DNA from: Bigelowiella natans CCMP2755
Taxonomy: Eukaryota; Protista; Cercozoa
DNA length: 64,000 nucleotides
Direction of reading: 5' to 3'
Assembly: GCA_000320545.1 (NCBI GenBank)
Contig: ADNK01001014.1
Coordinates: 62,001 to 126,000, forward strand
Part shown: one piece after another, positions 42,584-53,968 of the stretch
How the letters are laid out: the number at the start of each line of letters is the position of its first letter
How positions within the stretch are numbered: position 1 is the first letter of the stretch
Made by a program: the position numbers and the translations under genes
Notes under the pieces: model-generated
Database searches by the model: none
What the model was told of the DNA's origin: nothing
The model's input: only the letters and a program-made list of their open reading frames with translations

Positions 42584-43661
42584 CCTTTCCAATAGCATCT
42601 CGCCTTCCGTCTGAAATCACCGGTTTAACATCCGATAATACCCTAACCCCTATCCAGATTGTGGCCTGCAGCTGATGATCCTTTGTACGATTCATGGATT
42701 ATGTGAAGAGTTCATGATGTACAAAGGCGTAACCACATCATCGGTAATGATTTGGATGATGTCGACCAACAGTGATGAAAAGAAGCAGCGTAGCGTGATG
42801 CATTATGATGGTATTGGTAATGATAATGATGATGATAATGATGATGATGATGATGTGATCATGATCGAGGCAATTAAGATTCGGAGGCTGCTAAGTGATT
42901 AGTCCATAGTTCATGGTCGTCGCCGTCCCGATTGTAGCTGACTACTATCACCACCATCAGGGTATAGCTCAACAAGTGCCATCCGGTAAGCGCGACGGGC
43001 TCGCCGACCTTGCAAAACGACCTAATTTTAAGAAAAAGAACCCCAATGTAAGTGCCTTACTTTTGCGTGACGTTGTTTTCATTGTCATCAATCAATGAAG
43101 CAGCATTATTTGTTAAACTGATTCCCGACGTCCTCTCTTGATTTGATACACCTAGCTAATATTGGCCATTGGGAATCTTCGTTCTCTTGGGTACGGCTAC
43201 TGACCATGATCCTTTTTTTGTTTGTTTCCTATAATTAAACAACAACAACAACAACAACAACAACGCCATCGATATCATTGTTATCACAGCCATCTATGAC
43301 ACTATTTCTTAAGTTGATAATCGTTCATTCATGCAGGTTCAAAGAATCATCTCATCAGTACATATCTCAAGTATCTCGTATGGCATCGGCCGAGGATGGG
43401 TGCGGCAGCCGTGTCGCGAATTGGGTGAGAACATCTCTTGGCTCCTTCTCCACCACCGACGTGGTCCTCCTGCACCAGTTCGTTCAAATGCTGCTGCTCA
43501 GGGCTTTCTTGGCCCGCGACAAGTTGGCCAACGTTGTCAATGAGCCCAAATCAGCTGGTACCTACACAGTCGGTACGAATGCCGAGACGGATTCGACCTA
43601 TGGCGGGGGCGGGAAAAAGAAAAAGAAGAAGAAGAAAAAAAAGAGAATTCTGCTCTTATGA
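38450..43661 (+). CDS. ZNF598: RING/C2H2 zinc-finger E3 ubiquitin ligase, ZNF598/Hel2-like
   Basis: RG-rich N-terminus; RING-like CSLC..SCG..MCARC..CPYC; followed by HCMAC..LYTK..H, HPFCQFC..DELFAHMESNHLTCAIC and HFVCKEPSC..VVFDNEIDFKQH; repeated FPTL motifs in the tail. Confidence 0.85.
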
Positions 43662-44254
43662 TGATGTTGCGCGTATACGATGATCTAGTGATGCCAGAGA
43701 TGCTAACGGTCGTCAGTACAACTAACGTATCTTAACAAGTAATGGCGATGTGATTCGATGCTGCGCTACAGGCATTATATAGCAATGCTACCGTCACATC
43801 TAAGCCCTAATGCTTTGTGTCGCTCGTCGTAAGAATATGTGATGAATCGCTACGCTTGCACTGCATTTATTTGCCCTATCCTGTAACTTTAGAAGTCCTA
43901 CTAGGCTAGCTGGAGGTGTATATACACCAGTCAGTCGAGCTAGAGACAACGCCATACATGTGTAAGTGTGGTGTGTCTTCGCACTAGCAATGTTTAGCCT
44001 ACGCTAGCTAACATGTCGTCTGCTAGACGCGCCACGCCACGCTACGCCATAGCGAATATTGCTATGCTCGCAACATCTTGCGCGTGTGTGTGTGCTGCGA
44101 TGTCATGACATGCAATGCACATCTAGCAATGCAGAATGGCATGTGCAACTCGATCATGACATTTAGATTCATCAACTCTGTCCAGAGCTACCTGTGGCTA
44201 GCTCTAGAGCTCTAGAGATCGAGCTAGCTGTGTCTATTATAGCCACAGGTAGCT

Positions 44255-44353
44255 GCAGCTTGTCCATCGCTTCCGATCCCGTGGTCGTGCTCGACTTTGC
44301 GGCACATTGTCATTGTAGCTGCTGGTGCCTTCTTTTCCGTAGCTACCTAGCTA
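44255..44353 (-). pseudogene. Decayed duplicate of an 88-bp coding fragment (46465-46552) of the neighbouring C2H2 gene
   Basis: Direct alignment gcagcttgtccatcgcttcc..cgtggtcgt.ctcgactttgcggca..ttgtcat..gctggtgccttcttttcc.tagctacc, with small frame-breaking insertions. Confidence 0.9.
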
Positions 44354-45101
44354 TCCACACAACTGTCAACGCTGTGTGCAACTTGCGTACGTGCTAGCGT
44401 GCGCTCATCATGCTCCCCACAGCTCCAATCGTTCATGCGACGCACGCTTGCAAACGTGTCCAAGTGTCACTGCGAGACGGATGTGCCGTGCACAATGAAT
44501 TGACTAAACATTTTCAGCATCGTGTCGCATCGTACTAGCAGAGTAGTCATCCATGAGACATCCTGATGTGGGTTGTGCAAAGCAGCACAGCAGCGGCTAC
44601 AGTGTGTCTAGTTGTGTCAGGCATTTGTGTGCACACTGTGCATTGCATTGATGTCACATTCCACCAGCATGCGCCTGGATCTAGCATCGTAGGCTTGCAG
44701 ACAACTAATTTTTGTGGAGCATAGCTGCATTGCATGCGCCATTGAAGAGCCACCGCTAGACCGGAAGCAATGCAAAGCTAGAAAGGCGCTGCGGCGTTGT
44801 CCTGGCCGATCTAGCGATGCTACGCATGTAGCACACGCACTTGTTACACATAAGATATGCATCCATATGTTGTAAAGCTATAAGAAAGAATAGCTGGATC
44901 TCTGAATTTTAGATTAGCCGCCATTCTAGTACTGCATGATGCCAATACTGCTCTGAATGTGCGTAACAATGCACATGAACCAGATAATCATTGCGTGTTA
45001 ATTTAGGATTTTAGTAACAAAGGACGCACATTACAGAAGTAAAACGAAAAATACTGTCAGAGTTAGGTTTGCATTGGTAACTGGGATGACACCCACCATG
45101 C

Positions 45102-47164
45102 TTATGGTTGTTGAGTTGGAACTGTGTCAGTAACAGACGCTACTGCTGGTGTGCTACTTGTATTTTCGGAGCTTGGTGTTGTTGTAGTTGTCGTAGTGGT
45201 GGTAGTGGTGGTGGTGGTGGTGGCATTTGTTTTAGGGGTTTCAGCAGCAGCAGCTGCAGTGCCAATGCTTGCTGAAGGAACTGGTGTTCCTGCAACTGTA
45301 GTAGCTGCTACAATTACTGCTGCTCCAGTCGGTGCTGGCGGTGGTGGCGGTGGCTGTGGCGGGCCTACTACTGCTGCTGCCGCGGCAGCCGCAGCTGCTG
45401 TGGAGGGGGCGGCTGCAATTGCTGATGGTCCTGTAAGGGCAGTTCCCACAGCAGTCCCTCCGCTAGTATTATTACCAGATGATGTTATTGGAGGAATTAT
45501 GGCGGGCTTTCTCCCTTTTTTGTGCACATTCTTGTGGCGTTTTAGGTTAGTAGCCTGAGCGAAACCTCTGCCGCACTCAGAGCAGACATACGGCTTCTCA
45601 CCGGTGTGAGTCCGCAAATGGGTAATGACGTTTGAACGAGCTGAGAAAATTCTGTGGCAGACGAGGCATTGATACTTCAGATTTATGCGGCCTGTAGCCT
45701 GGTTCAGCATCGGTACTTTTTCGTAAAGCATATCTGGCGTTCTTTGCGCGAGTTGTGAAGGATCCAAAGGCGCTCTTTGAGTAGGAGGACGGACTAAACG
45801 AATAGGTTGGTACAAGGGATTGTACATTCCGGGTTGCGGTTGCTGTTGCTGTTGCTGCCTCTGTTGAGGGTTAAAGTTCGAATGGTGACCTTGCACAACA
45901 GGAGGCTGGTCTCCTGCTCCGGCCCATGCTCCATATTGGCCATAAGGGAATCCCGGGTGATAACCACCCGCCAGCTGTGGTGCCATTGTCTTGGCCCCCT
46001 TGTTCGCTGCTGTCGTTGCTCCTGTCGTAGTACCAGAACTTGTAGTTTGGTTCGAGTCCGGTGAGGGTTTAGCTACCGGCTGGCCGTCCTTTTTCTCTTC
46101 AGTCTTCTCTGGTTTACTACCGCTAGAACCTGTAGGTGTATTTTCGCCCTTCAAAGACTTGTTCTCAGGTCCAGCACTGGCGCTAGCAGCAGCCGTCGCT
46201 GAACCTTGGGGAGAGAGCGCAGCTTGAGGGTGTGGCTGCATCGGCCAGTAGTACATCCCATTGTTATAGGGCACCCCCCCTTGCATCGGATGGTACACGG
46301 GCATCCTGGCCATATTTGCCATCCCCGTTGGTTGAGGACGCATTTGCTGCATGAATTGAGGCGGCTGCATCGGAAAAACCCCAATCTGACCTGGAATCAT
46401 CTGATTTTGATGCTGCATCTGCTGTTGTGTCGCTCCCGTCTCAACAGGCTTTTTGGTATTTGAAGCAGCTTGTCCATCGCTTCCCGTGGTCGTACTCGAC
46501 TTTGCGGCATTGTCATCAGCTGGTGCCTTCTTTTCCATAGCTACCCCAGCTACTTTTGCGGTACTATTTGCGCCGGCCAGGTTATTCGGGGCTACATTTG
46601 GTTGTGGGAGCTGCTGAAGCTGGTAGTGTATACCTGCCGCTGCTGCCGGGTTTGTTTGATAACCCTGATAAGGATACGGCTGGCCAAATTGAGGGTGTGG
46701 AGCAAATTGCTGAAAGCCCATCACAGGAGGACCCGGGTGGTACATACCCTGCATTGGACCGCCGTTCCCAAACATAGCTGGGTGTGTATATTGCGGGTGT
46801 ACCTGGATTATTGGAGTTTGCATCTGCTGGGCCTTTGGAGCTTCTGATCCATCAACAGGTTTCGAAGATGGATCAGGATTCGTTTTGATTCGTGCTTGTT
46901 TGGTTGCTTCTTTATCCTTACTCGAACCGAGAGCCTCCCCAGCATCTGAAATACAAACAGTTCATCTCTTGGGAAGCACATATTTTGCGTACCCGTACCT
47001 CTTTTCTTGCCGCGTGAATCTTTGTCATCGCTGGGCGAAGAATCTGTGTTTACTTTAGTGTTGTCATCCGTTTTCACATTCGCCTCTGCAGCCTCTTTCG
47101 ATTCCTCTTTTTTTGTGGTGTTCATCCCAGCTTCTGAGCTGGCAGCTTCATCGCTCTTTCCCAT
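45102..47164 (-). CDS. C2H2 zinc-finger transcription factor (two fingers) with Gln/Pro-rich low-complexity region
   Basis: YQCLVCHRIFSARSNVITHLRTH-TGEKP-YVCSECGRGFAQATNLKRHKNVH in ORF 45102-46823. The upstream exon from ATG 47164 joins through one short intron near 46945-46996. Confidence 0.92.
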
Positions 47165-48363
47165 CGCAGACCCGAACTGCTTCTCTCAGCGGTGCCTACG
47201 GTGAAGAACATTAATCATTAGTGTTCCACCCAAGCGATATTTGTCCACGATAATAGATAGCTTGGCGACTCACCCGCTAGTTGCTGGCACGGCACCGAGA
47301 GGGAGGAGTGAAATCGACTAGTGCCTAGTTGAATGCTGACTTCCTTGTTCCTATTCTAGAGCAGCCAAGATCTAATAATAAGACTCATATGTTTTCATTG
47401 GATTTCTGCTAAATTATTTTTTTGCCTTCCTGATGCCCATTATTTTTAGTCGGAATTTGATTATCAACCCATATGAGCGTACACTTCGTTCGTAGTGGCA
47501 TGAATTGGCACTTACTTTTATTTTCGGATGGATAAAGGTTACCGGGAATCAAATAGAATGTCGTAAGATCTTATAATATATACTTGAGACAACTTCGAAT
47601 CAGTAATCTGCAGCAAAATGTAATGCTGTTTGTCAATCTGTTCTTTCTAAAACGAAGATCTTGCGACTAAATTAAGGTTCTTGAGGAATGTCAGATATCG
47701 CAACCTCAGTTGCTATAGAAGTTCGTGATTCCTTTCAGCCTCACAATTCATACTTATCATATCCAAATTCTATTAATTCTTGCCTAAATTTTAGATATAA
47801 GTATCCGATATCCGTGAAATATTACAAAAAAGGCTCTGATTCCGAAGAAAAATATTTTATGAATGAATTCAATTTATCTGAAAAATATGTCCAGAGTTAG
47901 ATTCTTGTTTTAGATGGATAAACATTTACGATTTATCAGATTTGAACTGCATAACCTGGTAGATCTTCCAATTATGAAGCACATTACGTGCTTCTTTAGG
48001 AATATTATGAAACGTAAAATATCTGAAAGAACCATTTTTAATAACCGACAAACTACGGTGTTTGGAAAGGCACGTTTAGCGCCTTCAATTCTATGTGTTT
48101 CCATAGATTTCCGATGAGTCGAAAATGATCTAGATGTGCATCCAACGACTGCATTGGAACCAGGTCGCATCCATTAAACATTTTTCTTTTTCAACTTCCA
48201 TATGGATTTCAATCCGAACTTCCATACGAACCATCTTTTGATTGATTATTTAGGAGGAAAACAACATGCGACAAGTCATTATATTGATTTTATAACAAAA
48301 AACCAGCGATCGAAGATAACAAACGTGAAAAATTCATAATCCATTACAGGTGTTTTTATACAC

Positions 48364-49169
48364 ATGCGTTCCTTTCTCTATCGTCAAAGATCCGCAACCC
48401 GTTGTGCACTTCTGTGTGGCAACATCGCTTTATCATCACGGGGAGGACCACGTGTTAAGCCCTCCTACCGCTTCCTATGCCAGCAGACATCTGGTGGTGA
48501 ACAAGCTTCTAACAGCATGATTGCAGCGAAGGCACTATACGCTATCACGGGAGGTGCGATCGGCTTTGCTGTCGCATCGGTATTTAGAGAGCAAAAATAC
48601 AGAAATAGTGACCCAAAGCATCATTTCAACGCTGATGAAGCCAAGATGGGGCATGCGACTACTGTGGATAAGTCGCTCTTGCGTAAATTTGGTGACAAAA
48701 ACTACGTGTATCGGGTAGCATTAACTGGGGGTCCTTGTGGAGGGAAAAGTTCAAGCCTCAAGGTCTTCTTAATCCTGATAATTATGCATTCTGTCCGCTT
48801 TACCAAATCTGTTTCCTGCGTTATCAAAATTTTAGGCATTCTCCAAAGAACTATCTAGTCGCGGATTTGACGTTTATCGTGCGCCTGAGGTAGATAAGGG
48901 CAAACATCAGTAGGCCTTATAGCCTCTTAGAATAATGTTTTAGGTGCCTACCCTTCTCATGAATGGCGGCTGTAGCTATCCCGGGATTGATGGTAATATT
49001 TCATTCCCTTGGATATGAAAGGAAAACAATCAGATACATGACGGACATAATATTTTCTCATAATTCTTCTTTGTTCCGCTCTCCCCCGCCTTTTTTTGTA
49101 GGTGGTGAGAAGTTGTTCCAATTCGAATCACATCTTATGGATTTGCAGGTTTTATATTCTAGATATTTT

Positions 49170-49207
<38 letters not shown>

Positions 49208-50399
49208 TATGTCTGTGTATGTGCGTGTGTAGAATTTGCATAGTTGATTCCGAGAAATTTGTTATCGTGTAGCTCCAGACAGAGCGCTCTTTCGTGGGTA
49301 TCGCACAATCCACAGAAAGACCTTCTGTTCTTGTCATGGACAGAGGTGATACATCGCTCGCTCTCTCTCTCTCTCGCTCTCTCTCTCTCTCTTTTAAAAA
49401 CATATGTGGCATTACTTAACAAGCGTTGTGTGACCATCCGTCTCATCGTATCATACCACAAAATAATATTGCCCTCCTTTATCCCCTTCTTTTGTTAAGG
49501 TCTCCTTGATATCGCGGCGTATATCCCTCGCAAGGAGTGGAAAGAGGTTGCCGCGCTAATCCGAGTCACAGGCTTTGCTCCTGATGACAGCGATGATGAT
49601 AAAGAAGTTACGATGACGATGATACAATATTGACATGGTTGGCTTGGCGAAGGATAGAATTTCCATTTCTCTGTGATTTTATAGTATGTTTGAAAGTTGC
49701 TAAAGTTTACAAAACTAAAGCTACTGGTATCACTATATAGATCCTTAATAGAAAGGGCCTGACTGAGGAGCAGTTACTGGGAAGGTGGCTGCTACAGTGT
49801 ATTGTTTCCGAGAATAATGACTAGTTTCACTGTATTGTAAAGGTTATTGCACGTTGGGGTGATGATTTCATCAGATATAGTGCTCACAATATCACAATTT
49901 CTACTCACTCGCCGCTCATGGAAACAAAAACTCCAGGTATGATATGGTGCTACATCTGGTCACAGCGGCTGACGGCGCGGAGAAGTTCTATACGACGGCC
50001 AATAATAAAGTATGATTAGGATTTTGAATACATACTACTAAATATAAATGTAGCTGATGTAAGATAGACGCCTTACAGTAGGAGAATGTAAAAGTACCTC
50101 CTTTAATCTGATGATGATGGCTGTTTCAGGCTCGCCGTGAGACCGTAGAGGAAGCACGTGCTCTGGACAAAAAGATGGTTGGATGCTGGGGCCAACATCC
50201 TCATCACCACGTTATCGACAACAGGTGAACGAATCAATGACTAAATCATGGTTTCTAGATTTTGTAAGTTTTTGGTGATTTGACAAGAGCCTAATTCGCA
50301 CCTTTTTGAACCTCGCTAAATAAATTTAGCACGGACTTTAAAGGAAAACTTGCGCGAGCTACATCAGCTGTGATATCCATGATTGAAAGGAGGGAATAG
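48364..50399 (+). CDS. TTD14-like (NadR/AAA_28) P-loop nucleotide kinase, possibly organelle-targeted
   Basis: VYRVALTGGPCGGKSS, APEVPTLL, VLVMDRG|LLDIAAY, RYDMVLHLVTAADGAEKFYTTANN, WGQHPHHHVIDNSTDFKGKL; about ten exons. Confidence 0.85.
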
Positions 50400-50911
50400 A
50401 GTAACAGCGTGTAAGAGTGTCCAGATAGAAGACGTAGTTCTACTCGATATTTTTACGTGCGCGTAACTAAATCGTATCGGATGCAATCTCGGCATGGTGA
50501 CAAATTGGATTTGTAGTGTGGTATTGCGTGGTATATTACATAGTATGAAAGTTATCCACTGGGTTATAATGACCAACGTAATCTATCTATGCTGCAACGC
50601 TCAGCAAAACTGCCTTGTGGATGCTCGCATGTACGTACTTGTGTACAAGCAAAATTAGTGCGCACTGCGCAACGCAGACGGGAATCGAATGAACGAGCAA
50701 GTGATGTCATTGGGCATGCATGCATGACATCATGAGAAATTTAGAAACACATAATCTATAATAATGTCGTACGCAAGCCGAGAAACGCAATCTGTGTGAA
50801 TGCAGACGAAGCAGAATTATACGCACTAAGCAACATCCGTGCGTAGGCACACAGCAACAACACTGAATTGGTAATAGCCGAAACAAACGTAATACAAACA
50901 GCACGCAACAC

Positions 50912-51449
50912 AGCCGCCGCTTTGCATAGCTACATTAGGATGGCTGCAATAAGTATTAGAATCATTCCATTACATCCGTCTTATGCCGCCGCGTAACTTT
51001 TCAAAAAAAGACGGATGTAAGGAAATAATTACACGCTTTCAGTGGTCATCCTAATGTAGTTATGCAGAGCGACGGCGACGGCTACTGCGCTAAAAAAGAA
51101 ACACAACTCTCTTTACGTGTAGTTGCAAAAGCATATCGATCAATAGTTAGATGACACATTGTGAGCTACATAGGGATGACCATTGAACAAATTTAATTGA
51201 TTAAATACATCCGTCTTACATTGTGAGTTCCGCGTACACAAGTAAAGAGACACATACACGTATGTATCTCACTTACTTTTATGTTTCTTCGTTTTTACAA
51301 TGATGATGGGTTCCACCATGCTGGCAAAAGCATGTGCTGTGTCACGTATATAATGTACTAGGGACTGTCTGTGCGTCTATCGCTAGACTGTGTGCTATTT
51401 ATATGTGCGGTGTACTGCCGCTGCTTTACATAGATACATTAGGATGATC
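50912..51449. repeat. Cluster of four more copies of the ~80-bp repeat family (50912-50984, 51008-51091 inverted, 51164-51218, partial 51415-51449)
   Basis: They share agctacattaggatgacc...tacatccgtctt (or its reverse complement) with the 10715-10932 pair. Confidence 0.85.
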
Positions 51450-53715
51450 AAATGCTGTCCTCCTCCGGAGAAATAGATCGTTTTCTTTCTATTCCATGAA
51501 GCAGCTGCTCGAACGCCTCCCCGTTTTGTCTATGCTTGCCGGGCTCTGGTTTGTTTTTCACGGATTCACTTTCAACTTCCTGTGTCTTTGAAATATTTTG
51601 ATTTTTATTTTTAAATGGAGTCATTATTTCTGCATTTTCTTCTTTTTTTTCCTGTACTTCTCCTTTTTGTTCCTGATTTCTTTGGTTTACTTCAGAGTTA
51701 GGGTCAACGAAATAAGCGTCTTCTTCAAGGCTTTGAGGGTTCGCGCCCGGAGAAATAGATCGTTTTCTTTCTGGGAAAGGAAGCAGCCCTTTCATAGGAT
51801 TTGCAAATATCCCACCAATTCCTGAATCTCTTCTTAAGGCAGTTTTGTCTTCATCCTCCGTCATTTTAATCCAATGAGAAAATCCTTTAGACATGTGATG
51901 TTTATCCATAGTTATCAAATCATTATGCCTTATGCTGTTGTTGGCCGTCCGCGTGCCGTTGAGATAGTAGCGAAGAACCTTACTGAATATCTCGGGGTCC
52001 TCGTTGAAACTATGCACAATTCCCCTTCTTCGGTTAGAGAACTCGGAAAAATATCTAAACAAACGTGTGTTTCTGAATTTGGGTTGGAGGAAGGTCCCCA
52101 AGGTGTATACAAAACGCTTGCCTCCTGCCTCCATGATGACGTCCATATCCTGATTCTTGAAGGCGACCGGATGAAATTCAAATTTATTTCCCTTCAATCG
52201 GAGCTCTATAATGCGCTTGACTTCGGCGAGAGTGGGGGCTGATAGTAAGATGTAATTCTCTTTTCGCTCCTCTCCCGCCTCCATTGTCCAGTAGTACATT
52301 CCGCCTTTCCTTTCTTTCCCGAAACCCTTTTGGTCGTTGATCTTAGAGTCAGGTCCAGGGTCATTGAATATTCGAATTTTCTTGACAAAAGGCTTCCTCG
52401 TATCAGGATGCTGAAGTTTGATATTGTATGTGAAACATCCCTTTTGTCTTGATTGCCGGATGCCAAAGGTACCCAGAGGACATGATGACGGCTGAGGTAG
52501 GCCCTCTCTATCAGCAACCTCACGCCGTCGCTTGTCGCCAAAGGGGTCATTACTGTCGTTAGAAACGCTATGATCCCACAAGAACCACTCTGCGTCTATT
52601 ACAGCTTTGACTTTTGTAGTGCATTGATCCAATGGGCCAAAATACTGCATGAAAGCGACAAATTCCTCCACAGATACAACATCATCGTTGTTGGGGTCAA
52701 GGAGCATTTTGTAGAAGCTACAAATCTTCTCTTTCTCGTTACGATTCTGTACGTTTTTGTCAATTCCTTTGCTTTTAGCAAGCAATAACTCAATTATTCT
52801 TGATACTTTCATTTCAGAGAATTGACCACCGATGTTTGTACGCCAAAACTCGAGAATTTCCTTCAGAGAACGGAGGAACTGATCTTTGTAGTCTTTGACG
52901 AACAACTTTGCATGCCCCTTCGTTACGATTTTCAAATCGTTTTTCTGGTATAGATCCTCAATATATCCTTTAATTGTACCTTTTAGGCTCTGCCATTCGA
53001 TTGCGATGTCCGAGTTGCTGCTGATACCATCTCCGTTGTCGGTTTTACTAGTATTATCGTCGTTGTCCTTGAGCTCATACGCCTTTTTTAGAACGTTAAT
53101 TTTGGCTCGAATTGCATAGTGATCCGCCTCGCGCTGGTGCTTCAATATGACTGCGAGGCTTTGCATCTCGTTCTCATCGATTTCAGAGACCTGACGTTTA
53201 TATTTTGCCAAAAGGTTGTCCTTTTTCCATATCTTCGAGATAGTGTCACGATCCGGGTTCCAATCGACGCAAAAATACTTTACAATTGCTATAATAATAA
53301 CAATGAGCAAGATGTGCGCTAATCCTAAACGCATTGTCGAATATGCAGCAAAACACAGAGCTCCCCGAGGGTCAAATACCAGCGGCTTAAGCGGTCGGAT
53401 GAATTCTACAATGCGTGCAGTTTCTGGCAATGCTTCTTCGGCGTTCTGAAGCTCCCAGACCTTGGATCGAATTCTAAGCAGGTTCTTCTTCATCCTTTCC
53501 AGTTTATTCTTCGTATATTTTGAGTCGTTAAGGTTTGTGTTCCATAGAGTTTCCAATTCCTTGATTCCTTGGTGAGTTCTTTCTATCTGCTTCAGAATTT
53601 TTTCTGTCTCGTCTTCCCCCGTTCCTCCCAGGTTTCCAAAGAGCTCGATCCACATCAATGACTCCAGAATTCCTCCTTTGGAGGAGCGGCTTCTCCGTTT
53701 CCCACCACTGAGCAT
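51448..53715 (-). CDS. Coiled-coil / EF-hand-SH2 (Cbl TKB-like) / BTB-POZ (KCTD T1-like) protein
   Basis: Uninterrupted 763-codon ORF, first ATG at 53715. Motifs: EFW..; EF loop DPNNDDVVSVEE-F..FGP; WF..GTFGIRQS..G.F; TLAEV..HPV; then VIMEAGGKRF..T..TRL..FNEDPEIFSKVLRYYLNG. Confidence 0.7.
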   Translation of the reverse strand: MLSGGKRRSRSSKGGILESLMWIELFGNLGGTGEDETEKILKQIERTHQGIKELETLWNTNLNDSKYTKNKLERMKKNLLRIRSKVWELQNAEEALPETARIVEFIRPLKPLVFDPRGALCFAAYSTMRLGLAHILLIVIIIAIVKYFCVDWNPDRDTISKIWKKDNLLAKYKRQVSEIDENEMQSLAVILKHQREADHYAIRAKINVLKKAYELKDNDDNTSKTDNGDGISSNSDIAIEWQSLKGTIKGYIEDLYQKNDLKIVTKGHAKLFVKDYKDQFLRSLKEILEFWRTNIGGQFSEMKVSRIIELLLAKSKGIDKNVQNRNEKEKICSFYKMLLDPNNDDVVSVEEFVAFMQYFGPLDQCTTKVKAVIDAEWFLWDHSVSNDSNDPFGDKRRREVADREGLPQPSSCPLGTFGIRQSRQKGCFTYNIKLQHPDTRKPFVKKIRIFNDPGPDSKINDQKGFGKERKGGMYYWTMEAGEERKENYILLSAPTLAEVKRIIELRLKGNKFEFHPVAFKNQDMDVIMEAGGKRFVYTLGTFLQPKFRNTRLFRYFSEFSNRRRGIVHSFNEDPEIFSKVLRYYLNGTRTANNSIRHNDLITMDKHHMSKGFSHWIKMTEDEDKTALRRDSGIGGIFANPMKGLLPFPERKRSISPGANPQSLEEDAYFVDPNSEVNQRNQEQKGEVQEKKEENAEIMTPFKNKNQNISKTQEVESESVKNKPEPGKHRQNGEAFEQLLHGIERKRSISPEEDSI

Positions 53716-53968
53716 CCTACGAGTGGGATCGAAGATCACTCAGGCAGTATCCACGTTTCAGTTTCAGCACTAAACATCTCCACGAAGTTACGTCGTATGC
53801 CCAGCACCCCAAAATACCTTTCATTTTGGTTCTAAAACAAATCTGTAGGCATGTCGCACATTACTAGACCTAGTTATTAATTATTAAGATTTTCGTCACG
53901 GATGGACGCCATCATGTCGATTCTGCTTTTCGCAGACCCGACTGAGCGCTGACGCAGCTGTAATTTCC

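Noticed and set aside
50912-51449. Repeat cluster as a CRISPR-like array
   Set aside because: Units are ~55-85 bp, divergent, in mixed orientation and irregularly spaced; the context is eukaryotic with no cas genes.
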